Origin: Firmicutes bacterium UBA5449
Lineage (GTDB): Bacteria; Bacillota; SHA-98; UBA4971
NCBI GenBank assembly: GCA_002424305.1
Contig: DIQZ01000035.1
Coordinates: forward strand, 226,335-290,334
DNA: 64,000 nucleotides
Reading direction: 5' to 3'
Shown here: in pieces, positions 37,358-48,080 of the stretch
Position numbering within the stretch: the stretch's first letter is position 1
Layout: the number at the start of each line of letters is the position of its first letter
Made by a program: the position numbers and the translations under genes
The notes under the pieces: model-generated
Seen by the model: the letters and a program-made list of their open reading frames with translations, nothing else
What the model was told of the DNA's origin: nothing
Databases searched by the model: none

Positions 37358-38515
37358 GTGATATCTCTTGATGATGACGCAGTAGGAGCAATTCCTCTTT
37401 CATCGGTATCCCCGCATGTAGCCTGCAGGATCTACCGACTTACTTCGAAAGAGCAGGCCCGAAGGCGTCTACTCCATATTGGGTTTACCCCTGGGGTGAA
37501 GGTCATCCCTATCCGACGAAGCCCAACAGGTGATCCTACTGCATATTTCGTAAGAGGCGCTGTAGTAGCACTTAGAAGAGAACAAGCTGACGAAGTCATG
37601 GTGAAAATAAATCCTCCATTATTTCCTGATACGGGATTATCGCCTGAATCTGAAGACAATACAAAGAGGCACCTGCCTACTGATAATAGCCCATTATTCT
37701 CTTACCTAAACGCACCAAACCATCTCAATAGGCTAATTAATCACCTGCAAACCGCTGTGATCTGTGCCCTACCGATTATCATGAGACTGGAAAGCAAGCC
37801 ACTCCCCAAATATACAGTAGCCTTAGCAGGTAACCCTAATACCGGGAAAAGTGCCTTGTTTAATGCACTTACCGGGCTGAATCAACATACAGGTAACTGG
37901 CCCGGAAAAACTGTGGTAGTGGCTGAAGGTATCTGTTTGCATCAGGGGACATCATTTCGAATCATAGATCTGCCCGGCACATATTCCTTGCTGGCCAGCT
38001 CGAAAGAGGAAGAAGTAGCAAGAGACTTCATATGCTTTGGCAAGCCTGATGTAACTGTTGTAGTAAGTGATGCTACATGCCTTGAGAGAAACCTCAACCT
38101 CGTTTTAGAAATACTCGAAGTTACCTCTAAAGTCGTGGTTGCTCTCAACCTTATGGACGAAGCACACCGAAAGAAGATATCCATTGATATCCAGGGTCTC
38201 TCATCATCTCTTGGAGTACCTGTAATGCCAACAGTAGGGAGACTTGGATTGGGGCTTGCGAAGCTCATGGACACTGTCCAAGCTGTGGCTGACGGACATA
38301 TTATGACACATCCGTCTCAGCTTACATACGATAGAAGCATAGAGGAAGCTGTAAGCCTTATTGGGCCTTGGATTGAGAGTGCAATCCGAGGAACTTCATG
38401 TCGACTTCCGGCACGCTGGATCGCGCTTCGTCTGTTAGACGGAGATCCGGGCCTCACAAGAGGGCTCCTTAATAGACTTACACAAGCCGTATCAAAAGGT
38501 GGCATGTCTGCGTGA
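37358..38515 (+). CDS. FeoA fused to the FeoB GTPase domain
   Basis: FeoA (RRLLHIGF.PG..V....SPTGDP.AY.VRG) plus GNPNTGKS, NWPGKTV, DLPGTY, NLMD. Confidence 0.85.
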   Translation: MISLDDDAVGAIPLSSVSPHVACRIYRLTSKEQARRRLLHIGFTPGVKVIPIRRSPTGDPTAYFVRGAVVALRREQADEVMVKINPPLFPDTGLSPESEDNTKRHLPTDNSPLFSYLNAPNHLNRLINHLQTAVICALPIIMRLESKPLPKYTVALAGNPNTGKSALFNALTGLNQHTGNWPGKTVVVAEGICLHQGTSFRIIDLPGTYSLLASSKEEEVARDFICFGKPDVTVVVSDATCLERNLNLVLEILEVTSKVVVALNLMDEAHRKKISIDIQGLSSSLGVPVMPTVGRLGLGLAKLMDTVQAVADGHIMTHPSQLTYDRSIEEAVSLIGPWIESAIRGTSCRLPARWIALRLLDGDPGLTRGLLNRLTQAVSKGGMSA

Positions 38516-39912
38516 AGACTATGAGGCCTGCCTCATTGCAGGATGTGATGAGAATTGCTAAAGAAACTCAATCATCTCATGAAACTGAGTTGACTGACCT
38601 CATTGCGAAGTCAGTCAACAAGTCTGCAGAGGAGATCTGTAAAATAAGCGTGCATAGTTATGCAGAATCCGATCAAGATCTAACCTCTAAACTGGATGAT
38701 ATCCTCACATCGCGGATATTCGGATATCCTGTAATGCTCCTACTCCTTGCTGCCGTCTTCTGGATAACTCTCGTAGGAGCAAACAAACCTTCTTCTTTTC
38801 TCTTTGGCTTTCTATTTTCCATTGAAGATTACTTTGTGAATTTCCTTGAGCACATGAAAGCCCCGGAATGGTTCATCGGAGTCACAGTGTTTGGCGGGTA
38901 CAGATCCCTTGCATGGGTAGTATCAGTCATGCTCCCGCCTATAGCCATTTTCTTCCCGTGTTTTACCTTGCTTGAAGATCTGGGATACTTGCCGAGAATC
39001 GCATTTAATCTCGATACGTTCTTCAAATCAGTAGGATGTCACGGTAAACAGGCACTCACTATGTGTATGGGATTCGGGTGTAACGCAGCAGGAGTAGTAG
39101 CATGTAGAATCATTGATTCTCCAAGGGAAAGGGTGATCGCAATTCTCACGAACACCTTTGTTCCTTGTAACGGAAGATTTCCCGCCATAATTCTACTGTC
39201 TACAATATTCCTGCAGCCAAGCATCATGTCAGCTATAGGTATCGGTACAACAACCATCTGGTTACTGCTTTCTGTGTTCCTTGGGGTGATAGTGACGTTT
39301 GGTATATCATTGTCCTTGTCAAGAACCATCTTGAGAGGCGTTCCCTCTGCATTCGCCATAGAATTACCGCCGTACAGACAACCCCATATCCTGAGAATTC
39401 TAATCCGCTCATTCCTGGACCGCACCGTATTCGTCCTTGTAAGAGCAGTTTCCGTGGCAATTCCGGCAGGAATAATCACATGGATCTTGGCAAATACATC
39501 TTTCCAAGGGATGAGCCTTCTTCTCCATCTCGCAAATGCCCTCAACCCTTTCGGAAGAGCCGTCGGTCTTGATGGCTTTATTCTATCCGCCTTCCTTTTG
39601 GGGCTCCCGGCAAATGAAATAGTCCTCCCTATCCTCATAATGGGGTATTCTTCCGGAGGGGTGATGGTAGATATTACCAGTCTCAACGCTCTCCGAGCCC
39701 TTCTTGTGTCATGCGGATGGACGTCTCGAACCGCGCTTTGCTTTATTATCTTCTCAGTCCTCCACTACCCATGCGCCACTACCTTATGGACAATTTGGCA
39801 TGAAACCCATGACATTAAATGGACGCTCCTTAGCGCAATTATACCGCTTATCATAGCTATCAGCACATGCTTCCTGGTCGCACATATCTATCCGTTTCCA
39901 GGCGTGATTTGA
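38512..39912 (+). CDS. feoB: FeoB membrane domain (split gene)
   Basis: LLEDLGYLPR, MGFGC, VPCNGR, ELPPYR, GLPANE, YPC; 4-nt overlap with the upstream gene. Confidence 0.85.
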   Translation: MKTMRPASLQDVMRIAKETQSSHETELTDLIAKSVNKSAEEICKISVHSYAESDQDLTSKLDDILTSRIFGYPVMLLLLAAVFWITLVGANKPSSFLFGFLFSIEDYFVNFLEHMKAPEWFIGVTVFGGYRSLAWVVSVMLPPIAIFFPCFTLLEDLGYLPRIAFNLDTFFKSVGCHGKQALTMCMGFGCNAAGVVACRIIDSPRERVIAILTNTFVPCNGRFPAIILLSTIFLQPSIMSAIGIGTTTIWLLLSVFLGVIVTFGISLSLSRTILRGVPSAFAIELPPYRQPHILRILIRSFLDRTVFVLVRAVSVAIPAGIITWILANTSFQGMSLLLHLANALNPFGRAVGLDGFILSAFLLGLPANEIVLPILIMGYSSGGVMVDITSLNALRALLVSCGWTSRTALCFIIFSVLHYPCATTLWTIWHETHDIKWTLLSAIIPLIIAISTCFLVAHIYPFPGVI

Positions 39913-39942
39913 AGACATAAAGTTATGTCATCTGTCCTAGCA

Positions 39943-41517
39943 TCACGCAACCCTTCTGCGCGGTCTCCTATCAGGCCCGGTCTCCGCTGTGAAAACATTG
40001 AGGCCTTTGAGAGCAAGTCCTAATAGTCCGAGGGTTACCAGTAAACTGACAACAGTGGCAGTAGCTTGACTCGCACCTGCTTGAGCCATGAATCCATACA
40101 CAATATACCCTATCCCGCACATCACAGCCGAAACAGTCGCATAAGGCAGCTGGGTGGAAACATGGTCAATATGATTACACCCGGAACCGGTCGATGATAG
40201 AATGGTCGTGTCAGAAATGGGTGAACAGTGATCCCCGTAAACAGCTCCGGCAAGCACTGCTGCAATCATAACAATGAGTAGATCCGGCGCAAGTAAGACA
40301 GAGAAGTCGATAGCAATAGGGATCATAATCGCGAATGTGCCCCAGGAAGTACCTGTTGCAAATGCAATAATACAGGCAAGCAAGAACATTATCACAGGAT
40401 ATAGCGCGGGGTTCAGAGCCTGACCGACCCTTGTCGCAAGAAACAATCCTGTCCCGAGTTCACTTATGACTCCCCCTATGGTCCATGCAAAGCAAAGAAT
40501 AAGCATGGCAGGAACCATAGACAAGAACCCTTGCCACACTGCCTCAGGAAGTCTTGCGATTGGCACAACACCCCTGGCAATGAACATTACAAGGGCAAGA
40601 GCGAGGGCAAGAAAGCCTGCGTACATCAGGGCTGTGGCAGAATCAGTATTCTTGATAGCATCAAAAAAGCCGATATTCTCCACAAAATATCCACCGGTGT
40701 AAGCCATCATGATTATGGCGAACGCTATGAGCCCGATGACAGGAACCACAAGATCCGGAACGGTTCCCTTCTTGCTGATCTTAGGAAGCCGTACTTTCTC
40801 CTCTGAAGCCTTAGGCCCATGAACGTTTCCTGTAGCTTTCGCTTCCCCTTCGAAATGCGCCATTGGCCCGAAGTCAAGTTCTGTAACTGCAACAAATGCA
40901 ACCATTGCAAGGGTAGCCCATGCATAGAGGTTCATAGGTAAAGTCCTGATAAACGCAGTAAAAGGCTCCAGAGTAATACCTACATCTTTGAACTTATCGC
41001 CCATAGTAGACATGATCGTTACAACCCAACTGGATACAGGCGCGAGCACACAAACAGGAGCAGCAGTTGAGTCAATGATGTAAGCAAGTTTTGCACGAGA
41101 CACACGGAACCTGTCTGTTACAGGGGTCATGACTGTACCTACTGTAAGACAGTTAAAATAGTCATCAATAAATATGATTATCCCCAGCAATAAACTGGCC
41201 AGCTGCGCTCCTGCCCTTGACTTTATGCGCTTAGTTGCCCACTCGCCGTAAGCGGCCGCTCCACCGGCAATAACCATAAGGTATGTGAGTATCCCAAGTG
41301 TCACAAGGAAGATTAGAATTGCCAAGTTCCAAGGGTCTGTAACATTCTCCCACATAGTCAAAGCTGAAAGACTAACTGCACCAAGAGGACTGAACCCTGT
41401 AAGAATGAATGCTCCGGAAAGTATCCCGATAAGGAGTGAAACAATTACTTGCTTAGTGATAAGAGCGAGGGCAATCGCAACAAGAGGCGGAATTATCGTT
41501 AACCATCCATACTCCAC
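39943..41517 (-). CDS. NhaC-family transporter (Na+/H+ antiporter or amino-acid transporter)
   Basis: FIDDYFN, AYIIDSTAAP, ATGTSWGTF, GDHCSPISDTTILSS. Confidence 0.88.
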   Translation of the reverse strand: MEYGWLTIIPPLVAIALALITKQVIVSLLIGILSGAFILTGFSPLGAVSLSALTMWENVTDPWNLAILIFLVTLGILTYLMVIAGGAAAYGEWATKRIKSRAGAQLASLLLGIIIFIDDYFNCLTVGTVMTPVTDRFRVSRAKLAYIIDSTAAPVCVLAPVSSWVVTIMSTMGDKFKDVGITLEPFTAFIRTLPMNLYAWATLAMVAFVAVTELDFGPMAHFEGEAKATGNVHGPKASEEKVRLPKISKKGTVPDLVVPVIGLIAFAIIMMAYTGGYFVENIGFFDAIKNTDSATALMYAGFLALALALVMFIARGVVPIARLPEAVWQGFLSMVPAMLILCFAWTIGGVISELGTGLFLATRVGQALNPALYPVIMFLLACIIAFATGTSWGTFAIMIPIAIDFSVLLAPDLLIVMIAAVLAGAVYGDHCSPISDTTILSSTGSGCNHIDHVSTQLPYATVSAVMCGIGYIVYGFMAQAGASQATATVVSLLVTLGLLGLALKGLNVFTAETGPDRRPRRRVA

Positions 41518-41760
41518 TTCTCATAACCTCACCTTCAAAAGGAGATTGCACCACCTGATTTACTTAACCTAACCTACTCTATGCTCGTCATACTAACCAG
41601 ATGTGATCTTCCTATTCCGCACTCCGGCTTTGCATCTGTCACCTCCATTCTTTACCGGGTTCCTTTGTTGTGCAACGTACTGAACATTGAGGCAATTCTA
41701 ACATTCTCCATTAGTGACTCTGATCCTTCTTATTAGAAGACTAATCATCAAAAGCATCTA

Positions 41761-42321
41761 CTAATCGTTATCTATTCTGTATTGCTCAACCCCTTGCTCG
41801 TAAAGGTCATTACCACAAATATCATTGACTACAACTGCAGGGAAGTCTTCTACGGTAAGCTTTCTAATAGCCTCAGGACCCAAATCTTCGTACGCGACAA
41901 TCTCGGCATCCTTTACACATTTGGCAAGTAATGCCCCTGCTCCTCCAATAGCCGCAAAATACACCGCATTATGCGTTACCATAGCATCTTTCACGCTCTG
42001 GGATCTTGATCCTTTGCCGATCATGCCTTTGAGCCCATGCTCCATGAGGATAGGTGCATAAGGATCCATACGATAACTAGTGGTAGGACCTGCAGAACCT
42101 ATGGCCTGCCCCGGTTTTGCCGGAGCCGGACCGACATAGTATATAATTTGACCCTGTATTTCCATGGGAAGCTCCTTGCCCTCCTCGATAAGGGCTACAA
42201 GGCGCTTATGGGCGGCATCTCTCGCTGTATATAATACCCCTGATATCTTTACGTTGTCGCCTGCCTTAAGGGTAGACATGACCTCTTCTGTCAGAGGCGT
42301 GGATATCTTAATAATTGCCAT
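41761..42321 (-). CDS. Class I fumarate hydratase / tartrate dehydratase beta subunit
   Basis: TARDAAH, GPTTSYRMD, MIGKG, DLGPEA. Confidence 0.9.
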   Translation of the reverse strand: MAIIKISTPLTEEVMSTLKAGDNVKISGVLYTARDAAHKRLVALIEEGKELPMEIQGQIIYYVGPAPAKPGQAIGSAGPTTSYRMDPYAPILMEHGLKGMIGKGSRSQSVKDAMVTHNAVYFAAIGGAGALLAKCVKDAEIVAYEDLGPEAIRKLTVEDFPAVVVNDICGNDLYEQGVEQYRIDND

Positions 42322-42351
42322 TACCGGTTCACCTCCGCATAATCACTTTGG

Positions 42352-43212
42352 CTACAGCACGATAGTATCATGGGGTCCTGCATGACAATTCAAGTTGCAG
42401 GCCACGGGTAAGCTGGCAATATGACACGGAGCAAACTCCACATTCACAGCAAGGGCAGTTGTCCGTCCACCAAACCCTTGTGGCCCGATTCCCAGTTTGT
42501 TGATTTCTTCAAGGAGTTCTTTCTCGAGCTCGGCATATTCTGGATGTGGGTTGCTGGATCCAACCTCACGAAGGACTGCTTTTTTGGCAAGAAGAGCAAC
42601 TCTGTCGAAGGTCCCACCTATCCCAACCCCGACAATTATGGGTGGACAAGGGTTCGGCCCTGCCTTCCTCACCTGGTCAATAACAAACTCCTTTACACCT
42701 TCTACACCGGCTGCAGGCGCAAACATACGAAGGCCGCTCATATTCTCTGCACCGCCGCCTTTAGCTGCAAACATTATCTTAATCCTAGAACCGGGAACTA
42801 TGTCGACGTAGATTACAGCAGGGGTATTGTCTCCCGTATTGACTCTTTCGAAAAGAGGATCGGAGACTACAGACTTTCGAAGGTAGCCTTCAATATAGCC
42901 CTGCCTTACACCTTCATTAATTGCTTCATAGAGATCTCCACCTGTAAGTCTTACGTCTTGGCCAAGCTCGATGAAAAGCATGGCAACCCCGGTATCCTGA
43001 CATGCAGGCACATTCTCCTCACTGGCAATCCTATGATTCTCCAGGATCTGCTTGATGACTTCCTTGCCTACTGAAGATTCTTCTGTAAGACATGCTCGTT
43101 CTAAGGCATCGATAGCTCCCTTAGGTACATTTGAGGTAGTTTTCACAGCAAGGTTCTTGACAGCTTGTCTTATCTCGCTTACGTCTACTATTCTCACATT
43201 ACACCCGTCCAT
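42352..43212 (-). CDS. Class I fumarate hydratase / tartrate dehydratase alpha subunit
   Basis: CQDTG, NTGDNTPA, KGGGAEN, NPCPP, GIGPQGFGG, CHIASLP, CHA. Confidence 0.9.
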   Translation of the reverse strand: MDGCNVRIVDVSEIRQAVKNLAVKTTSNVPKGAIDALERACLTEESSVGKEVIKQILENHRIASEENVPACQDTGVAMLFIELGQDVRLTGGDLYEAINEGVRQGYIEGYLRKSVVSDPLFERVNTGDNTPAVIYVDIVPGSRIKIMFAAKGGGAENMSGLRMFAPAAGVEGVKEFVIDQVRKAGPNPCPPIIVGVGIGGTFDRVALLAKKAVLREVGSSNPHPEYAELEKELLEEINKLGIGPQGFGGRTTALAVNVEFAPCHIASLPVACNLNCHAGPHDTIVL

Positions 43213-43394
43213 AGCTTCAATCTAGCCTCCTTCACGCTTACTCAGGTATTCACGTATTGCCGGTAATCGAGCACCCATCCATTTCTACGTAACGGCCCCC
43301 CTTCACGACTCCTGAGAAGTCGCCGCTAATTGGATCAACACTCCCTGAATATCTATCTACTACAAGCCCCCTGGAAATTCCTTCAATCGTCTCG

Positions 43395-44762
43395 CTAAGA
43401 GGAAATCTCTCTCAAAACATTTTCCAGCGCTTCTATACCGTCCTTTTTCACCAGGTAGACAAAGTATCTGTCTGTTACAGTTGCATAAAACCCTTCTTCG
43501 ATTTCCTTACCGATCTTGAGTTCAAATGTGTTCCCGTCTCCCAAGTCGAATTGCACCGAAACATCGGGATTATCTAATCCAAATGCAGCAAGATCAATTT
43601 CAGGCCGTAAAATCTCACCGACACCGGTGACTTGGATATCCTGAAGCGTAGTCCGGAGCATCTCCAGTTTCTCTCCTTCCCACACTGCGTCAGCCCTGCC
43701 GGAAACAGATACTTTAGGATTAATCTTCCACCCTTTACCATCTCTGATAAGTGAGAAGGTTTTGTTGTCAAGTATCCAGGTAACTGCGATCACTTCATCA
43801 TGATTCCATACCGCCAATTGGCTGTCTACCAAATCCGGAGGGGTAAGTTCCAGCGGCAGGAAAGTCGACGGCTTAACCAAATAGACGGCAGGTGACTCTC
43901 CGGCTTTCACGTAGAAGCCTTCTTCATCAGGGCCGGGATCTCCTACGAATACCTGTACCGGCTCCCCTGTCTCAGCCACTATCAGGTCTATTCTCAATCT
44001 AGGAGAATCAAGCCCCCAACGAGATAATTCAAGTCCTTCATCGTCAACAGAGTCTTCTGCTACGAGACCGGTGATATCCCATATGAGTTCCGTGATTTTC
44101 CATCTATCCGCTCTATCGGGAATAGGACGTATGAGATTCCAATCACCGTCTCGCTTCTCACACATGACATCTGTTACATCTTCACCCATCCGTCCGACAA
44201 TTCTAATGCCTTCAACAGATTCACTTGAAACCTTAATTATCTTCCTCTCTCTGAGGTCATCGGCGGTTTTCATGAGATCATTGGCCAAAGTCGTAGGAAT
44301 AGTGCATACCTTACTGTCATCTGCAGGTTTCACGTAATATCCTGATCCAACAGGTGTAGCAGAACCTATCAGTAATACCTTCTTGTTCCCTTTCGCCCCT
44401 TTGACTTCTACCCGAGTAATTGGAGAACCAAGCCCATAAAGCCCAAGATCAGAAGGTTCAGCTTCAATTTCTTTGTCAAATTCCGCTTGAGCAATTGCGT
44501 CCACAAGAGACTCTACTGCTTCCTGACTTGTCACATAGGGCTTGGGAGCAACAATAGCCCATCTACCACTGTCGTCTTTCTTCACACTTACCTTTGCTCC
44601 GTCATGTTCAATGGAAATCTCTTGCACAGTGTCTTGACGGACACCGAACACAGTGCCTTCACTGCTGTCAGTTGTCGGCTTTCCACGTTCCGTGAACATG
44701 ATGTAAGCCGCAAGAATTAACACTATTGCAAGGGCAACGAAAGTGCCCCGGAATTTCTTCAC
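43395..44762 (-). CDS. DUF4340-like repeat protein
   Basis: N-terminal anchor and three repeats containing YGL..P / WGLDSP / FGLDNP; usual partner of Gld-like ABC systems. Confidence 0.8.
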   Translation of the reverse strand: MKKFRGTFVALAIVLILAAYIMFTERGKPTTDSSEGTVFGVRQDTVQEISIEHDGAKVSVKKDDSGRWAIVAPKPYVTSQEAVESLVDAIAQAEFDKEIEAEPSDLGLYGLGSPITRVEVKGAKGNKKVLLIGSATPVGSGYYVKPADDSKVCTIPTTLANDLMKTADDLRERKIIKVSSESVEGIRIVGRMGEDVTDVMCEKRDGDWNLIRPIPDRADRWKITELIWDITGLVAEDSVDDEGLELSRWGLDSPRLRIDLIVAETGEPVQVFVGDPGPDEEGFYVKAGESPAVYLVKPSTFLPLELTPPDLVDSQLAVWNHDEVIAVTWILDNKTFSLIRDGKGWKINPKVSVSGRADAVWEGEKLEMLRTTLQDIQVTGVGEILRPEIDLAAFGLDNPDVSVQFDLGDGNTFELKIGKEIEEGFYATVTDRYFVYLVKKDGIEALENVLREISS

Positions 44763-46207
44763 AGGTTACGCCTCCTTACCCACACGCCGACGCCAAGAAG
44801 CGCAAAAGCGGCCGGTATCACCATAACCGTGGAGTAAAATACGGACTTCGCTTGCCTGTCTGAGAGGTAAACCTGTTCATAACTAGGGGTCTTGGGTCTT
44901 ATGGATATTGAATCTTTCTTGCCTGTCATCCATCCTACAGAATTCATGAAGAAATCTATGTTGCCTTGGAAAGTCACTATGTCATTATCGAGGAAACTCG
45001 CGTTGCCAACCACAAGAAGCCTTGCTTGACTTGAACCCAATTCATGCTTAACAACATACGCTAACGTCAAAGGACCGGGCATGTCAATCTTTGGATCGAA
45101 CGTGGCCTCACTTGCGAAATCCGTCTCGCCCCATGCCTCATCAGTTGTTTCAAGAAGAGGCTCCACACTAATACTCGAGCTCTCCCAGTCCTTCTCCCCG
45201 TCATCTATACGGTATAAGCTTCTGCTCCTTGGTAGAAACGTTGAGAGATCTTTTGTAACAAGTCTCTCAGTTATCAGATGAGACCTTGTCTTCGGTATCA
45301 CACCTGCCATATCTAAGAAATAATGGCTACCGGGGTCTATTACCAGATCGTCGTTAACACCTATGCCCTGGTTTCTCAGCATCTCTTTGAGATTGGGTAG
45401 ATCATCTGCCTGTCCCAGGGGATCCAGGAGAGCCGCTACGTTGCCTCCCTCATCCAGATAGGCCTCAATTGCATATATCTCTTCTTTCGTAAAGTCCTTA
45501 CGTGGCCCTGCTATTACAAGGATCGCCGCTTCCTCAGGAACGCGTCCTGTTGTTGCCAGGTTAACAGCGCGGGTTACATACCCCTCGCCATCCAGGAATG
45601 ATTTGACCTGCCAGTAATTCTCAGCAAGATCTCGCTCTCCATGGCCTGTAACAAAATAGACATGCTGTTCGTCTTCAGTGAAAAGACCGACTAGCGCCCT
45701 GGTAAACGCCTGCTCCCCGGTGAAATTCGCCATATCACCGGTTGTTTCGTAATCGAGAAGTTCATACTCCATTACCTTGCGAGATTTCAAACTTGTTTCA
45801 ACCACAGAAGTCCCGTAAGCACTAATATCATACTGCTTTGCAAGGGACGGCATTTTGTCAGGGTCAACAAACTCAACTGATATTCTTGGAGAAATACGTG
45901 TATACTCCCTTAAGAGATCGCGAACCACATCCCCGATAGAGTCTCCGTCTGAAAAGAATGCCGTAATTTTCACCGGTTGATCCAAGCCACGAAGGAACTC
46001 GCAAGTTGCATCTGATAAGGTGTAAAATCTGTTCTCAGTGAGGTCGAACTTCACTGAATGGCGTCCTACAAGGAAGTTCACCATTAACACAATTGCAACT
46101 ACTGCAATTGTCAATACAATTGCATTGGATCCGTACCGCATCTTACGGCTTGTAAAAACTGTACGGAGCTTACATGTCTTGCTCGTCTGGCACTTCATCC
46201 GCTCCAC
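44759..46207 (-). CDS. GldG-family ABC auxiliary protein
   Basis: DLTENRFYTLS, GHGE, AGP..D, N.DF.MN...W; TM at both ends. Confidence 0.85.
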   Translation of the reverse strand: MERMKCQTSKTCKLRTVFTSRKMRYGSNAIVLTIAVVAIVLMVNFLVGRHSVKFDLTENRFYTLSDATCEFLRGLDQPVKITAFFSDGDSIGDVVRDLLREYTRISPRISVEFVDPDKMPSLAKQYDISAYGTSVVETSLKSRKVMEYELLDYETTGDMANFTGEQAFTRALVGLFTEDEQHVYFVTGHGERDLAENYWQVKSFLDGEGYVTRAVNLATTGRVPEEAAILVIAGPRKDFTKEEIYAIEAYLDEGGNVAALLDPLGQADDLPNLKEMLRNQGIGVNDDLVIDPGSHYFLDMAGVIPKTRSHLITERLVTKDLSTFLPRSRSLYRIDDGEKDWESSSISVEPLLETTDEAWGETDFASEATFDPKIDMPGPLTLAYVVKHELGSSQARLLVVGNASFLDNDIVTFQGNIDFFMNSVGWMTGKKDSISIRPKTPSYEQVYLSDRQAKSVFYSTVMVIPAAFALLGVGVWVRRRNL

Positions 46208-46917
46208 CTCCTTGAGTCCACGACTCGAACAGCAAGGAAGAGGAAGATAAAGATAAAACTAATGTAATAGAACACACTGGACAAGTCTATAATCCCCTTT
46301 TGAAAATCGTCAAAACGTTTGAGAAGGGAAAGATTGGTTAATGTATCTCCGAGAGCTCCTGTAACAATATCGGTTGACCATCCAAGGACCCAGAAAATGA
46401 GAAGAAGTCCGAATCCAATAATGCCTGCAACCATTTGATTATCTGTAAGCGATGAAGTGAATGTCCCTACAGCAAGGCACCCCGCCCCGAAAAGCAACAT
46501 TCCCAAGTAACCCGAGTAGATAGGTCCCATATCCGGACTTCCATACTTAGTCAGAATGGCAGGGTAAACCAGAGTTATGGCAAGATAAACCAGATATGTG
46601 AAGACAGCAGCAAGGTACTTCCCCACTACTATAGAGGTTATGCTGACAGGCGCTGTCATGAGAAGCTCGTCAGTGCCGAGTTTTCGCTCTTCCGCAAGCA
46701 AACGCATGGTGAGAATAGGTGCGATGAAGAGAAAAACCACTGCCATATTCCCCAATACACCCTGCAGACTTGCACTGTTAGTCGCCAAAAGAATAATAGA
46801 GAAAAAATAGCCTGAGATCAGAAGGAATACTGCCCCCATCACATATGCCATGGGAGATGTGAAATATGAAGCAACCTCCCGTTTGAAAATAGACCACATT
46901 TTACGCACCGGGCGCAA
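46195..46917 (-). CDS. GldF-like ABC-2 permease
   Basis: YFTSPMAY, TMRLLAEE...GT.ELL.TAP, SSLTDNQ. Confidence 0.85.
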   Translation of the reverse strand: MRPVRKMWSIFKREVASYFTSPMAYVMGAVFLLISGYFFSIILLATNSASLQGVLGNMAVVFLFIAPILTMRLLAEERKLGTDELLMTAPVSITSIVVGKYLAAVFTYLVYLAITLVYPAILTKYGSPDMGPIYSGYLGMLLFGAGCLAVGTFTSSLTDNQMVAGIIGFGLLLIFWVLGWSTDIVTGALGDTLTNLSLLKRFDDFQKGIIDLSSVFYYISFIFIFLFLAVRVVDSRRWSG

Positions 46918-47881
46918 CCTCCGTTTCGTCTCCCAGTCTCTCTTCAGTAGTAAGTTTCAGGAATACATCCTCCAGGCTCATGTCTATTGTCTTCATCTCC
47001 ACAATCGGCCACTTGTGAGATGCCATAGCGGCAAACAAACTCTCCCTCACATCTATCGAGACGTCAGTCTCAACGGAAAGGAGAACCTCCCGTTCTTGGG
47101 TTTCAGGAGCCGGTGTTTCAACAGAAACAGATCTAACACCGGGAAGCTCCCGAACCACACTTGCGACGCGATCAGCCGGTCCGCGAACTTGTACCGCTAT
47201 GCGGCCTGAACCACGGAGTCTCCGGGAAAGGCCTGAAGGAGTATCTGAAGCTACCAGCCGGCCATTATTGATGATTAGCACCCGACTACAGATCATACTA
47301 ACCTCAGGTAAAATATGAGAGCTAAGCACAATAGTATGTTTTTCTCCCAGACTTTGAATGAGCCTGCGGATTTCAATGATCTGTCTTGGGTCAAGACCTA
47401 TGGTGGGTTCATCAAGTATCAAGATCTCGGGCGCGCCCAAGAGCGCTTGCGCCAACCCCACCCTTTGCCTGTATCCTCGAGAGAGATTGGAAATGATACG
47501 ATTACATACTGTGTCGATACCTGCAGATTCCACTGCTAAGTCAATAGCGGCCTTCCTCTTGGATCTGGGAATGCCTTTCAGTTCACTTACAAACTGCAGG
47601 TAGCTTCTGACTGTCATTTCTTTGTATAGCGGAGGGTTCTCGGGTAAGTACCCTATTTTGCCTCTCGTTTCCATCGCATCCTCAAACACATCGAACCCAT
47701 CCACTTTAACCGTACCTGAGGTAGCTGCAAGGTACCCTGTAATAATGCGCATAGTAGTAGTTTTCCCTGCACCGTTCGGCCCTAGAAACCCAAGGATTTC
47801 GCCTTTATCTACGGTGAAAGTGAGATCCTCAATTCCTCTTGCCTTGCCATATCTCTTAGTAAGGTTTCTTACATCGATCAC
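46901..47881 (-). CDS. GldA-like ABC ATPase
   Basis: GPNGAGKTT, LSRGYRQRVG, LDEPT.GLDP.Q, SSHIL. Confidence 0.88.
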   Translation of the reverse strand: MIDVRNLTKRYGKARGIEDLTFTVDKGEILGFLGPNGAGKTTTMRIITGYLAATSGTVKVDGFDVFEDAMETRGKIGYLPENPPLYKEMTVRSYLQFVSELKGIPRSKRKAAIDLAVESAGIDTVCNRIISNLSRGYRQRVGLAQALLGAPEILILDEPTIGLDPRQIIEIRRLIQSLGEKHTIVLSSHILPEVSMICSRVLIINNGRLVASDTPSGLSRRLRGSGRIAVQVRGPADRVASVVRELPGVRSVSVETPAPETQEREVLLSVETDVSIDVRESLFAAMASHKWPIVEMKTIDMSLEDVFLKLTTEERLGDETEVAPGA

Positions 47882-48080
47882 GGCATGCGATTCCTCCTTC
47901 CCACATTCATCTTGAACACATAATATTAGACTCCCAGTAGAGCCACTAGTTAAGTTAAACGCCTAAACTCTCTGGGAGTTTCATGCAAAGCCTAAGTCAT
48001 TGGGGGCAGTACATCCGACCTTATTGATTTTCGGCACAAGCTTTGAAAGTCCTTCATCTTTCAATTACGTGCTTTACTCT

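Noticed and set aside
43395..47881. Gliding-motility system
   Set aside because: GldA/F/G-like ABC plus DUF4340 clusters are widespread in non-gliding bacteria; no motor or T9SS genes are present.
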